From a virus (lineage: Duplodnaviria > Caudoviricetes), in IMG/VR virus record IMGVR_UViG_3300047669_001814, positions 1-24,131 of that record: 24,131 nucleotides of DNA, one strand, 5' to 3'. A program made the translations under genes and the position numbers. The notes under the pieces are model-generated. The model was not told where the DNA came from and ran no database searches. It saw nothing but the letters and a program-made list of their open reading frames with translations. Positions 16,062 through 24,020 of this stretch are shown piece by piece (positions within the stretch are counted from its first letter, which is position 1; the number at the start of each line of letters is the position of its first letter).

Positions 16062-16487
16062 CTACAATACATCAAATGCAGTAGAAAGTAAACCATGATT
16101 TCCAGCATGATTGGGGCTGGTCCAACCTTCTGGTTTCATCAAATCTGGTAACCCAAGCGGATTAGGCCTGCCCGGTTTGATTCCTTTTCTTTTAGACATA
16201 TTAGCTCTAAGAACTTCTTCCCAAGCACTATGTGCATCAACTTCAAAAAGATCTAATGTACCAATTGCTACTACGCAAATGTCAATGAGAGCGTCCACAA
16301 CCTCTTCAGCGTCTTCCAACTCTACCGCACTAACCAATTCTGCCATTTCTTCACGCATAAACGCTAATCTAAATTTCAAAAACTTTTGTAGAAGTTCTGG
16401 ATCAGTTTTATCCATCTTATCTAACGCTTCATGAAATTCGTAATGATCATGCATAGTTCTAAGGTCTAGAACCCAATCTTTACTCAT
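16062..16487 (-). CDS. MazG-like/PRA-PH nucleoside triphosphate pyrophosphohydrolase
   Basis: REEMAEL, EEVVDALID, EVLRANMSK, KPEGW.SP motifs of the all-alpha NTP-PPase family. Confidence 0.85.
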   Translation of the reverse strand: MSKDWVLDLRTMHDHYEFHEALDKMDKTDPELLQKFLKFRLAFMREEMAELVSAVELEDAEEVVDALIDICVVAIGTLDLFEVDAHSAWEEVLRANMSKRKGIKPGRPNPLGLPDLMKPEGWTSPNHAGNHGLLSTAFDVL

Positions 16488-16512
16488 ATAATCTTCCTTT
16501 TTGAATGAATGA

Positions 16513-16552
16513 CAATGGGCGAGTCTACTTTTTTAAATAAACTCGCCCATTG
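16513..16552 (-). terminator. Strong stem-loop between ssb and the modification cassette (terminator or processing site)
   Basis: Perfect 12-bp arms caatgggcgagt / actcgcccattg, extendable with G-U pairs on the minus strand. No clear U-tract on the minus strand. Confidence 0.55.
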
Positions 16553-16556
16553 ATTT

Positions 16557-17348
16557 TTAGAAAATGTCCGTATCAACAACCGTAGGCTTTTCTTCACCCG
16601 TACTGTCGCCGCCAAAGAAATCGTCACCTTCGTCAAGTGTATCGGCTACATTTTTAGTTGCTGGTGCAGACTCTTCAGTTTCACCGCGTGCTTGGGACAA
16701 CGCTCGTGCACTGCGTGAACCGTAGAACTCTAAGATAGTGGGCAACTCAGCCGCTCGTGCGGCTAGCTCATCGTCTAGCGTAAGCACTCGCTCTGGCACA
16801 GCTGTAACAGTAAAGATAGTGTCTTGCATGCCGTCACCCTGCCGCCTAATCTTGACTAGGAATCCAGTAAGTGTTCCTTGTTCATCATTAATAGTTACAA
16901 CGGAATTCCAAAGATAGTCTCCGCGACCAAAACCTCGCTGAAATACAACGAAATCATTGATTTCTTCAATGTATTGCTTGGTGCCTGACGGTAGAACCTT
17001 CTCGGTGAAATCCTTGGTAGGATCATTTTTAGGATGAACAATATTATAGCAATAGACCCACATACCAAACTTGTGTTGAGGTTTCTCAGTAGAAAATTCA
17101 GCCGGAGGTGTATTTCCGTCTTCGCATAGAATAGTTGGAAAAAACTGCTTTCCTTGATCAGTTACCATTCTTGGTGAAATCAACCAAAACTGATCCAAAC
17201 GTCCATCATCCTCTCCACCAGAGGGTACAATCATAACGTTTGCAACGTCACCACCCTTGAGCCACAACTCACGACCAAAAGATTGACCATCACCACGCTC
17301 AGTTTTTACTTGAGCTCTCTGTCCCGAAATACTTCCAATACCTGGCAT
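16557..17348 (-). CDS. Single-stranded DNA-binding protein (phage gp32/gp2.5-like)
   Basis: Aromatic-rich beta core, KIRRQGDGMQDTIF motif, acidic C-terminal tail ending DTDIF; follows primase. Start moved to ATG 17348, 4 nt after GGAGGA. Confidence 0.7.
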   Translation of the reverse strand: MPGIGSISGQRAQVKTERGDGQSFGRELWLKGGDVANVMIVPSGGEDDGRLDQFWLISPRMVTDQGKQFFPTILCEDGNTPPAEFSTEKPQHKFGMWVYCYNIVHPKNDPTKDFTEKVLPSGTKQYIEEINDFVVFQRGFGRGDYLWNSVVTINDEQGTLTGFLVKIRRQGDGMQDTIFTVTAVPERVLTLDDELAARAAELPTILEFYGSRSARALSQARGETEESAPATKNVADTLDEGDDFFGGDSTGEEKPTVVDTDIF

Positions 17349-17361
17349 ATTATCCTCCACT

Positions 17362-17422
17362 GGCGTCTTGCGCCTTTCAAAATTTCAGTAGGCATTCATT
17401 GATGCCCACGTACATCATTATA
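17362..17422 (-). promoter_or_regulatory. Putative -10 box and structured leader of ssb
   Basis: TATAAT at 17422-17417; hairpins at 17388-17409 and 17362-17374 precede the RBS. Confidence 0.45.
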
Positions 17423-17451
17423 CATAATTGTTGATTATTTTTTCATCAAAA

Positions 17452-18402
17452 TTAGATCAAAAACTCAGAACTGGCAGAAAGCACTTGTTCAAGTAACTTT
17501 GGATCTCGGATATCCTGTACATCCTTATACCCGTCTGGTATAGTAATCATACCGGCCATAGTTATCTTACCGAGTCGAGTTTGAATTTTGTCTCTAGCGT
17601 CTAGTCCTGGGTTTTTGATAGTTATTGTACCATCAGTTTTTTTTACAATCCTATCTTCGTCTTTATCTAAACAAAGTACAATTTCTCCTGGTCGTTTTGA
17701 TAGAAGCAAAGCTTGCTGTACATTAGACATATGTATACCAAGCAAAGCTACGGCCGAATAACCATGCTGGTCCAACCAAATTGCGTCAAGTGCGCCCTCA
17801 GTTACATATAGTTTATCTACTCCTTTTAGAACTCGTGATAAACCAAAAATAACCTGGCTAGTACGCATTCCTAAACTATACACATATTTAGATCCAGCCT
17901 TATCTGGCGCTTTTCGTGATACCCATCCTACAAGTTTGGCTTCGTGGTCTTTTATAGGAATAATAAAAGATCCGGTTGAATTGTTTACAGTGCACTCCCA
18001 TGCCTTTAACTGCTGCTCGGTAAACCCACGATTAAGAATCCAAGTAGGGTATTCTAATGCAGGCATAAATGGGAAGACTACCTCTCTGTTTGGAATGACT
18101 GTTGATTCTGGATCGTTTCCAAAGAAGTCTTCATCAAGCAGCTCTTCATCCTCATCAAATTCAGCCATGGCCATCTCAAGGGCCTCATTAGAGGTTATGT
18201 CTAGCAGTGCCTCTAAGAAATCTACAATCCTGCCCTCACCGCATCCTGCATGGCATATCCAAACACCTTTTTCAGTATTTATAGACAAGCCTGCATGACT
18301 TGTATCATGAAATGGGCATGGAATAGCAAATTCCTCTTTGTTATCAGGAACGTCAATTCCAGCTTTTACCAAAGCTCCGCGCCAATCTAACTTAGTAAGC
18401 AT
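17452..18402 (-). CDS. dnaG: DNA primase (CHC2 zinc finger + TOPRIM)
   Basis: CPFH...WICHAGC zinc-binding domain, SKY, VTEGALDA, LCLDKD TOPRIM, KDVQD. Confidence 0.92.
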   Translation of the reverse strand: MLTKLDWRGALVKAGIDVPDNKEEFAIPCPFHDTSHAGLSINTEKGVWICHAGCGEGRIVDFLEALLDITSNEALEMAMAEFDEDEELLDEDFFGNDPESTVIPNREVVFPFMPALEYPTWILNRGFTEQQLKAWECTVNNSTGSFIIPIKDHEAKLVGWVSRKAPDKAGSKYVYSLGMRTSQVIFGLSRVLKGVDKLYVTEGALDAIWLDQHGYSAVALLGIHMSNVQQALLLSKRPGEIVLCLDKDEDRIVKKTDGTITIKNPGLDARDKIQTRLGKITMAGMITIPDGYKDVQDIRDPKLLEQVLSASSEFLI

Positions 18403-18887
18403 TTTGTCACCGAGTACTCATAATTTACACTATCCTCATTTTCACGAAATACTTCTGCCCCGTTAGCCAAGTGAAATTTCCTAGCCATTTCTGTTGGCGG
18501 AGATAAAGTAACTAATCTACGCAAAGTGGGCATTAGTTCTAAAAAATTATTTTCTAGCAAATGTTTTGCAGCGCGCATAACAATTTCTCTACCAGCCCCT
18601 TTTTCATAACTCCATACAGTATAGAAAACACCTACACTTGGCCAAGTTCGGCCACTGCCGGTAAAAACTGGATAAAAATAACTCATATCTTCCAGCTCTT
18701 GCATGTTTATAGGAACGTCAGAACAAACTGCCATACACAATACGGCTAAGGTTTTATTACCTTCACGAAGTGAATATGTGCGCCGAGACCCTGGAGCTGT
18801 TCGAAATTCATAATCCAGATTAGATCTAACTGGGTCTTCGTAAAGATCGCCTTTAAGTGAATAGTGGTTTATAAGTAATTCAGACAT
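18387..18887 (-). CDS. GNAT-fold protein resembling the catalytic domain of malonyl-CoA decarboxylase
   Basis: VFYTVWS, KGAG, VTLSP, FHLANGA and VNYEY motifs. Start moved to ATG 18887 (TAATG overlap with the helicase stop). Confidence 0.6.
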   Translation of the reverse strand: MSELLINHYSLKGDLYEDPVRSNLDYEFRTAPGSRRTYSLREGNKTLAVLCMAVCSDVPINMQELEDMSYFYPVFTGSGRTWPSVGVFYTVWSYEKGAGREIVMRAAKHLLENNFLELMPTLRRLVTLSPPTEMARKFHLANGAEVFRENEDSVNYEYSVTKCLLS

Positions 18888-20107
18888 TATCTTTCTCCTA
18901 CTCTTCCGCGGTCTACATCCCAATCGAATGTAACATACTCCATTGGTGGGTCACCATCACGATACTTCTGGAGTGCGAAGGATCGTTGCATGTTTTCGTC
19001 TTCCACTTTGGCAATAGAAAAGGCCATATCAGAAGCCTGAATCAGTGCGTCACCGAATGCAACCTCTTCAGGCTTCGGTGGATCAAATACGTTTGCAGCA
19101 TTCCTGTTGGCCTGTGTGGACACCATAGCGGCCATATCGTTGACTGTGCACAAAGTCTTGACGTCATAGAAAAGATCGTGCATTCGTTGCCATACTGCCG
19201 AAGATTGCTGACTGGGCGATACAAGTTGCATGCCATCAATTATCAGAAGATCAGGTTTGTGTTTTCTAACAAGAGATGCAATTCCATCAATTGTTATTTT
19301 ACTCTGTGCAATTCTATCGCTCATGATTAGATTTTCGCCAGCAAGCTTTTGAAGGAATTCGGCATACTTATCAGTATCCAGTCCAATACCAGCACGCAGA
19401 GATCTATGCGAAAAATTGTAACCCATTTTAAAAGCCATAACAACGTCAATTCTCATATTGATTTGTTTAACTGGCATCTCAGTGGTAATAAACAATGTTT
19501 TGAATCCTGCCTTAGCAGCTACTACGGCTTGTAATACGCAAGCCCAAGTTTTACCAACAGTAGGTCTTGCAAAAACTGATAGCATTTCTCCAGGCATCAA
19601 ACCAACACCAGTTTTGTTAATTGTGTCAACAAAAACCGGGATACCAAGAATTTCTTGACCAGAACGACGTAACTCTGCACGTTGCTCATACTCTTCTAAA
19701 CGCTGAAGTGATCCATTATCATACAGTGCTATATCGTCGTCATATCTAAGTTCTAACGTGTCAATTTCAGTACGAATATTTCGCAGTGCCTGAATTGGAT
19801 TTTCTTTCAGCAATGCTTGTTGACCACGAATTACATCTCGTGTTCTACGGTAGATAACCTGATTTCGAAATTCATCGAGAGCGTACTGTAGTTCAACTCC
19901 CTTTGCTTCAGCTACTAATTCTGGAAACTTTTCCATTAAAAGATCTACCGTAGGAAATTGCCGATAGTTATCAACGTGATCTGTTACAAACTGGAATGTA
20001 CTTCCAAAGTTTGCAAAGTCATCTGACGTAAATGTTACCTTGCGTAAATCTTCAATTGTCCTAATACCAAAAATCAAACCTGATTCAATGAACCTAAAAT
20101 TATCCAA
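18887..20107 (-). CDS. dnaB: Replicative DNA helicase, DnaB/SF4 family
   Basis: Walker A ARPTVGKT, FITTEM, Walker B LLIIDG, STQANR, AFGDALIQASD, KYRDG; TTG start with AGGAG RBS. Confidence 0.93.
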   Translation of the reverse strand: MDNFRFIESGLIFGIRTIEDLRKVTFTSDDFANFGSTFQFVTDHVDNYRQFPTVDLLMEKFPELVAEAKGVELQYALDEFRNQVIYRRTRDVIRGQQALLKENPIQALRNIRTEIDTLELRYDDDIALYDNGSLQRLEEYEQRAELRRSGQEILGIPVFVDTINKTGVGLMPGEMLSVFARPTVGKTWACVLQAVVAAKAGFKTLFITTEMPVKQINMRIDVVMAFKMGYNFSHRSLRAGIGLDTDKYAEFLQKLAGENLIMSDRIAQSKITIDGIASLVRKHKPDLLIIDGMQLVSPSQQSSAVWQRMHDLFYDVKTLCTVNDMAAMVSTQANRNAANVFDPPKPEEVAFGDALIQASDMAFSIAKVEDENMQRSFALQKYRDGDPPMEYVTFDWDVDRGRVGER

Positions 20108-20197
20108 ACTTGTTCTCCTGCACCGTTCTTATTTATTTGTCTATTGCTTTATTAACAATCTAACCAGTAATATGATCTTTAGTGTAAAGGGGCTATA

Positions 20198-20647
20198 TTA
20201 CACTCTTGCCCCCGCACGTGCAACGCGCGATACCCAATTGTTCAGCTTTTCAACAATATCTTCTTTTCGCTGAAAATCTTGAGCATCAGGGAACCATTTG
20301 GTTTCCAAAAATTTGAAGTCAGCCCAAAGTTTTTTCTGTTCGGGTTTAGCATATTCCGCAATTAAAAAAGTCAAGCGAGGCTGATCAGTTTTAGGCACGT
20401 ACCTAGCTATTTTCTGTATAAAGTATTTCAAAGACTTTTCTCCAGCGCCGATCCCAACACGGATGGCACGCAGTATTTCGTATACGTCATGCTTCTCAAG
20501 CGCAGCCTTTAGCGCCGATAAATCATGCCCAATAAACCCACCGCCTGTGTACTCTTGCTTGTACTCTTCAAAGAAAGCCAATCTCCAGAACGCTAGTAAG
20601 TCCGTAGCCGTATAGTCTGCATATGTATCTTTTTTCTTAGTCGCCAA
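20198..20647 (-). CDS. Hypothetical protein (149 aa) between the two helicases
   Basis: In operon, TTG start with GGAG RBS; helical; no motif recognised. Confidence 0.7.
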   Translation of the reverse strand: MATKKKDTYADYTATDLLAFWRLAFFEEYKQEYTGGGFIGHDLSALKAALEKHDVYEILRAIRVGIGAGEKSLKYFIQKIARYVPKTDQPRLTFLIAEYAKPEQKKLWADFKFLETKWFPDAQDFQRKEDIVEKLNNWVSRVARAGARV

Positions 20648-22235
20648 CGCCTACTCCCCATATAATATCCATGTAGTCCTGCTTAGATAACTTAGTAGTG
20701 GACATAACTTCGGACTCATTCATAAATTCTGTTGCAGCTATCAGTCTTCGTTTAAATATAGACATAATTCCTTCATCAATTGAATTGAGAAAGTAAGGTC
20801 TAATAACATTTACTGTATTCTGCTGCCCAAATCTATGTAGTCTATCTTCCCGCTGGATGATCGTGGCAGGGTTATAAACGTATCCGTAGTGTACTATTGT
20901 ACTCGCTCCGGTGATATTCAAACCAAATTTGCCAGCATCTGTACATAGCAAAATTCCAGAATCTCTCTGATTAAAGTCTTCTATTATGTTAAAGCGTTCT
21001 TCCATGCTCTTAACGTCGCCAGAAATAACCATGGCTCCTTTGAATGACTTTTCAAGCAACTTGACACTCTCTTTGAAGGATGTAAATACAACTATCTTGC
21101 CTGCCTCTTGATAAACGTCACGAAGCATCTCTAGCTTGCCAGAAGGCATGTTCAAGCCTACCAATTCTGGGAATTCAACAAACTGCCTTAAGCGTATTAG
21201 CTTGGTTAGAATATTGTTTTGCCAATCTTTACCTGTCTCGTTTCTTAGCCAGTCCAAAAACTCGTCAACTATAGCCGCGTATCCTCTAGCTTGCGCAGGA
21301 GACATTTCTAACGGAAGATCCGTGTATATCTTGGGTGGCAAATCTTTAAGCACATCTTCCTTCATTCGTCTTAGTACAAAAGGACTTGTGACTAAATGTA
21401 GTTCAGCCATATTTTTATAGCCTACCACATTGCCAGCCCAGTCTAATATACAATACTTTTGCTTGAATAGATACGGTGACGTAAGCAACTCAGGTCTAAT
21501 CCATTCAAATATTGAATGAAACTCTAACAAGTTATTTTCCATAGGAATTCCTGATAAAGCAAAACGGTAAGTGCTCTTAAGTCTTTTAGCTAGCTTGGTT
21601 CTTTGTGATTTATGAGTCTTAAGATATACAGCTTCATCTGCAATAATCACATCCCATTGCTTAGGCATAACGTCTTTGTCTGACAATAACAAATCGTAGT
21701 TTGCAATTACGTATTGCTGGTCCTCGGCCCACTGCTGTTCACGTTTCTTTTTTAATCCATTAACTACCTGAGGTTCTATATCAAAATGCTTGCGAAATTC
21801 ATTTCGCCAGTTATACTTCAATGAAGCTGGGCAAAGCACTAATACTTTACCACCGATTTCTATTGCTGCGCGCAATGATTGATAAGACTTGCCTAACCCC
21901 ATATCGTCAGCCAGAAGTGCCTTCTTGGCCTTCTTTAGCCACTCTATGCCAGTCATTTGATAGTTACGCGCTTTGTTATCAGGCTGGTGCTCAACAAATT
22001 TGTAATCAACTAGATTTAGCAAGGCTTTACGTATAGCTGCGCCTGCTTCAACTGCGGCTGGTGTCCACGGGCACTCTAGGTGGTCAATAGTAAAAAAGGC
22101 AAGCTGAGGTACAACCCATACTTTGCGTTTTTTGTCATACACGCGCACAGGCAGTTCTCTAACTTCTTTGAGATCCCCATCAAAATCATCAAAGGATAGT
22201 AAAAAGTCTGAACCTTTGTGGTCGACCTGTATCAA
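20637..22235 (-). CDS. SNF2-family helicase with N-terminal HARP-like domain
   Basis: RVYDKKRKVWVVP (HARP-like), YQ, LADDMGLGKS, CPASLKYNW, IADEA, LSGIPMEN, LRRMKEDV, GLNI, QREDRLHRFGQ. Confidence 0.92.
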   Translation of the reverse strand: MIQVDHKGSDFLLSFDDFDGDLKEVRELPVRVYDKKRKVWVVPQLAFFTIDHLECPWTPAAVEAGAAIRKALLNLVDYKFVEHQPDNKARNYQMTGIEWLKKAKKALLADDMGLGKSYQSLRAAIEIGGKVLVLCPASLKYNWRNEFRKHFDIEPQVVNGLKKKREQQWAEDQQYVIANYDLLLSDKDVMPKQWDVIIADEAVYLKTHKSQRTKLAKRLKSTYRFALSGIPMENNLLEFHSIFEWIRPELLTSPYLFKQKYCILDWAGNVVGYKNMAELHLVTSPFVLRRMKEDVLKDLPPKIYTDLPLEMSPAQARGYAAIVDEFLDWLRNETGKDWQNNILTKLIRLRQFVEFPELVGLNMPSGKLEMLRDVYQEAGKIVVFTSFKESVKLLEKSFKGAMVISGDVKSMEERFNIIEDFNQRDSGILLCTDAGKFGLNITGASTIVHYGYVYNPATIIQREDRLHRFGQQNTVNVIRPYFLNSIDEGIMSIFKRRLIAATEFMNESEVMSTTKLSKQDYMDIIWGVGVGD

Positions 22236-22747
22236 GCGTTTTCTTTTAGAAAAGCAAACTTCTTACGTAAACCGCGAAGAGCTTTTCCTATCTCTCGTAC
22301 TGATTTGAGATCATGAATAATTTCGGCGTCAGTTAATACCATACGCCGCAATTCTGACATTCCGCGTCCATCTACCAAATGTTTAGCAAGTGCTTTTTCG
22401 TAAATAGTTAGATCCATATTGTACTCGTAAAGTGTCGGTTCTTCTGCACCATAGTGACCAGTAATTTCCATTTCAGAAATATCTTCAGTCCACGGATGAT
22501 GCACAGCTTTACCTTGAAGTGTACGCTTTGCATTTAGCATTGCCATGTACACGTATGTAATGAACTGCGCGCCTTTTTCAGGATCCCATTTTTTGGTTGC
22601 TCGTACTAATGCTAATCTTAGATCCTGAGCTGCTGTATCGTAATCTAACATTGGATCCTTAAATGTTGTGTTTCTTAAAAAACTATGGACCATTGGCTCG
22701 TACTGTGTCATTAGCTCATTTGTAGCTTCCAATTCACCTATTGTCAT
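22232..22747 (-). CDS. RNA polymerase sigma-70-family factor (phage-encoded)
   Basis: Region 2 pattern YEPMV...D.AQD.RLALVRA.KKWDPEKGAQFITYVY..M.N; degenerate region 4. Start moved to ATG 22747, 9 nt after GGAGG. Confidence 0.75.
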   Translation of the reverse strand: MTIGELEATNELMTQYEPMVHSFLRNTTFKDPMLDYDTAAQDLRLALVRATKKWDPEKGAQFITYVYMAMLNAKRTLQGKAVHHPWTEDISEMEITGHYGAEEPTLYEYNMDLTIYEKALAKHLVDGRGMSELRRMVLTDAEIIHDLKSVREIGKALRGLRKKFAFLKENA

Positions 22748-22760
22748 GTAAACCAACCTC

Positions 22761-23390
22761 CTAGTTTTGCTTAATAATTTTTGCGCGAATGTAAACTCTT
22801 GACATTGTGCCAGAAAGTAGTCGGTCTATTTGTCCTTTAGCTAAGAAAAGTTTTCTTTCTTTCTTATACCATTTGACCACCTGACGGGTATCGTCATTCC
22901 ATTCATCACGATGTTCCATCATAATTTTCTTAATATCATTAGCATAAATAGGAAGTGTATCTCTAGCTGGAGTTCGGCGAGATCCTTCAATAATTTCACC
23001 CGTGGTATCATATTTGACTACGGAGCGGGCTTCAGCCATCCATCGACGTGCCTGCGCAGCAAGACTGCGTTCATGTTCTTCGGCAGCTTCAATTTCAATT
23101 GGCGACATAAACCACATACCTGAAAGTTCACAAGGGGATACGCACCGTGCAATTTGCACAGGAATGTTAGAATTTAGCTTAGCTACAAATTCTTGAATAC
23201 GTACAGCTTGCCTTGGGTTACATACCACTGCTTCAGGATTCCAAGATAGCACAAGAGCCACGTCCTCTTTAGTCGGTGGCTTTAGGTCGGTCCTGTACCT
23301 GATACGGTTTTGGCTGGCGTGCGGCCAGTCAGCTTCAGTGAAGCGTTCTAAAATTAACGGGTCAATATAAACTGATGTACGTTTTGTCAA
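22761..23390 (-). CDS. Hypothetical protein (209 aa)
   Basis: TTG start with AAGGAG RBS, downstream of a promoter; no motif recognised. Confidence 0.7.
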   Translation of the reverse strand: MTKRTSVYIDPLILERFTEADWPHASQNRIRYRTDLKPPTKEDVALVLSWNPEAVVCNPRQAVRIQEFVAKLNSNIPVQIARCVSPCELSGMWFMSPIEIEAAEEHERSLAAQARRWMAEARSVVKYDTTGEIIEGSRRTPARDTLPIYANDIKKIMMEHRDEWNDDTRQVVKWYKKERKLFLAKGQIDRLLSGTMSRVYIRAKIIKQN

Positions 23391-23419
23391 TGCTCAATCT
23401 CCTTCTTGTAGATTTGAAC

Positions 23420-23448
23420 ATTATAATGTATACGGCAGAAAATGTAAA
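23420..23448 (-). promoter_or_regulatory. Sigma70-type promoter
   Basis: TTTACA (23448-23443) - 17 nt - TATAAT (23425-23420), followed by an AAGGAG RBS. Confidence 0.7.
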
Positions 23449-23450
23449 CC

Positions 23451-23849
23451 CTAAGAAAACCCGCGGCCTTTGCCAACAAGGAAGTGATCTCTTGTGCAGT
23501 AGAAGTTTTGCTGGCCCTTTGTGCGCATGCGCTTTACCATTGACTTAAGCATCACGCGTGGCTTGTCACAAATTCTACAGCGGACAGTTTCATAATAATA
23601 ACCAACTCTGCACGCAGGGTGTAATTTAGTACCTTCTGTTGGTTTTTCACACAATGCACAAGCTACGAGAGATTTTTCTTTGTAATGTCGTGTAGCTAAA
23701 GCGTCTCGCTTAAGTATTTGGCCTACACGTTGAACGGTTATTTTTTCACCAGTTACTTTCTCTAGCTCTTCAACAAGTACATATTGTGTCCATTCTGGGT
23801 GTGCACTGCGTAGTTCTCTTAACGCCTCTCTGTTCTTTCCTACTGTCAT
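23451..23849 (-). CDS. Putative DNA-binding protein: N-terminal HTH-like region + C-terminal zinc ribbons
   Basis: ITVQRVGQILK recognition-helix pattern; CALC, HPAC, CRIC, FYCTRDH ligand sets; AAGGA RBS. Confidence 0.65.
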   Translation of the reverse strand: MTVGKNREALRELRSAHPEWTQYVLVEELEKVTGEKITVQRVGQILKRDALATRHYKEKSLVACALCEKPTEGTKLHPACRVGYYYETVRCRICDKPRVMLKSMVKRMRTKGQQNFYCTRDHFLVGKGRGFS

Positions 23850-23862
23850 ATCTTTCCTTTCT

Positions 23863-23919
23863 AACGGTTTCTAAACCGTTTACTGTAACATTATACTGTA
23901 TATAAGTTTTTATTGTTTA
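23863..23919 (-). promoter_or_regulatory. Putative promoter (-10 TATAAT) with downstream palindrome
   Basis: TATAAT at 23895-23890, weak -35 (TAAACA, 18 nt spacer), palindrome aacggttt-ct-aaaccgtt at 23863-23880. Confidence 0.45.
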
Positions 23920-24020
23920 ATTGCTTGTATTAACAATTTTAGCTATTTTTATACCGGACTTGTAGGGATAGCGTTTTCGATACCTAATTATCTTTAGGTT
24001 CTTTTTCATTAGATACGGGA

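Noticed and set aside
941-19239. Nested minus-strand alternative-frame ORFs (941-1159, 14244-14444, 19042-19239)
   Set aside because: Fully inside conserved genes, short, with no recognisable features.
20108-20197. Promoter or hairpin upstream of dnaB (TTTACA...TAGATT; short GTGTAA/TTACAC repeat)
   Set aside because: The 20-nt spacer and weak AT-rich stem are too poor to call.
309-22235. Inteins or introns in nrdA, terL, recA, polA, dnaB or SNF2
   Set aside because: ORFs are continuous and of normal length; no C/S...HN splice motifs or homing endonuclease domains were seen.
682-23196. All plus-strand ORFs in the track (e.g. 8363-8797, 13137-13511, 17936-18298, 18986-19330)
   Set aside because: They are antisense shadows of well-supported minus-strand genes, Ser/Ile-rich, with no motifs.
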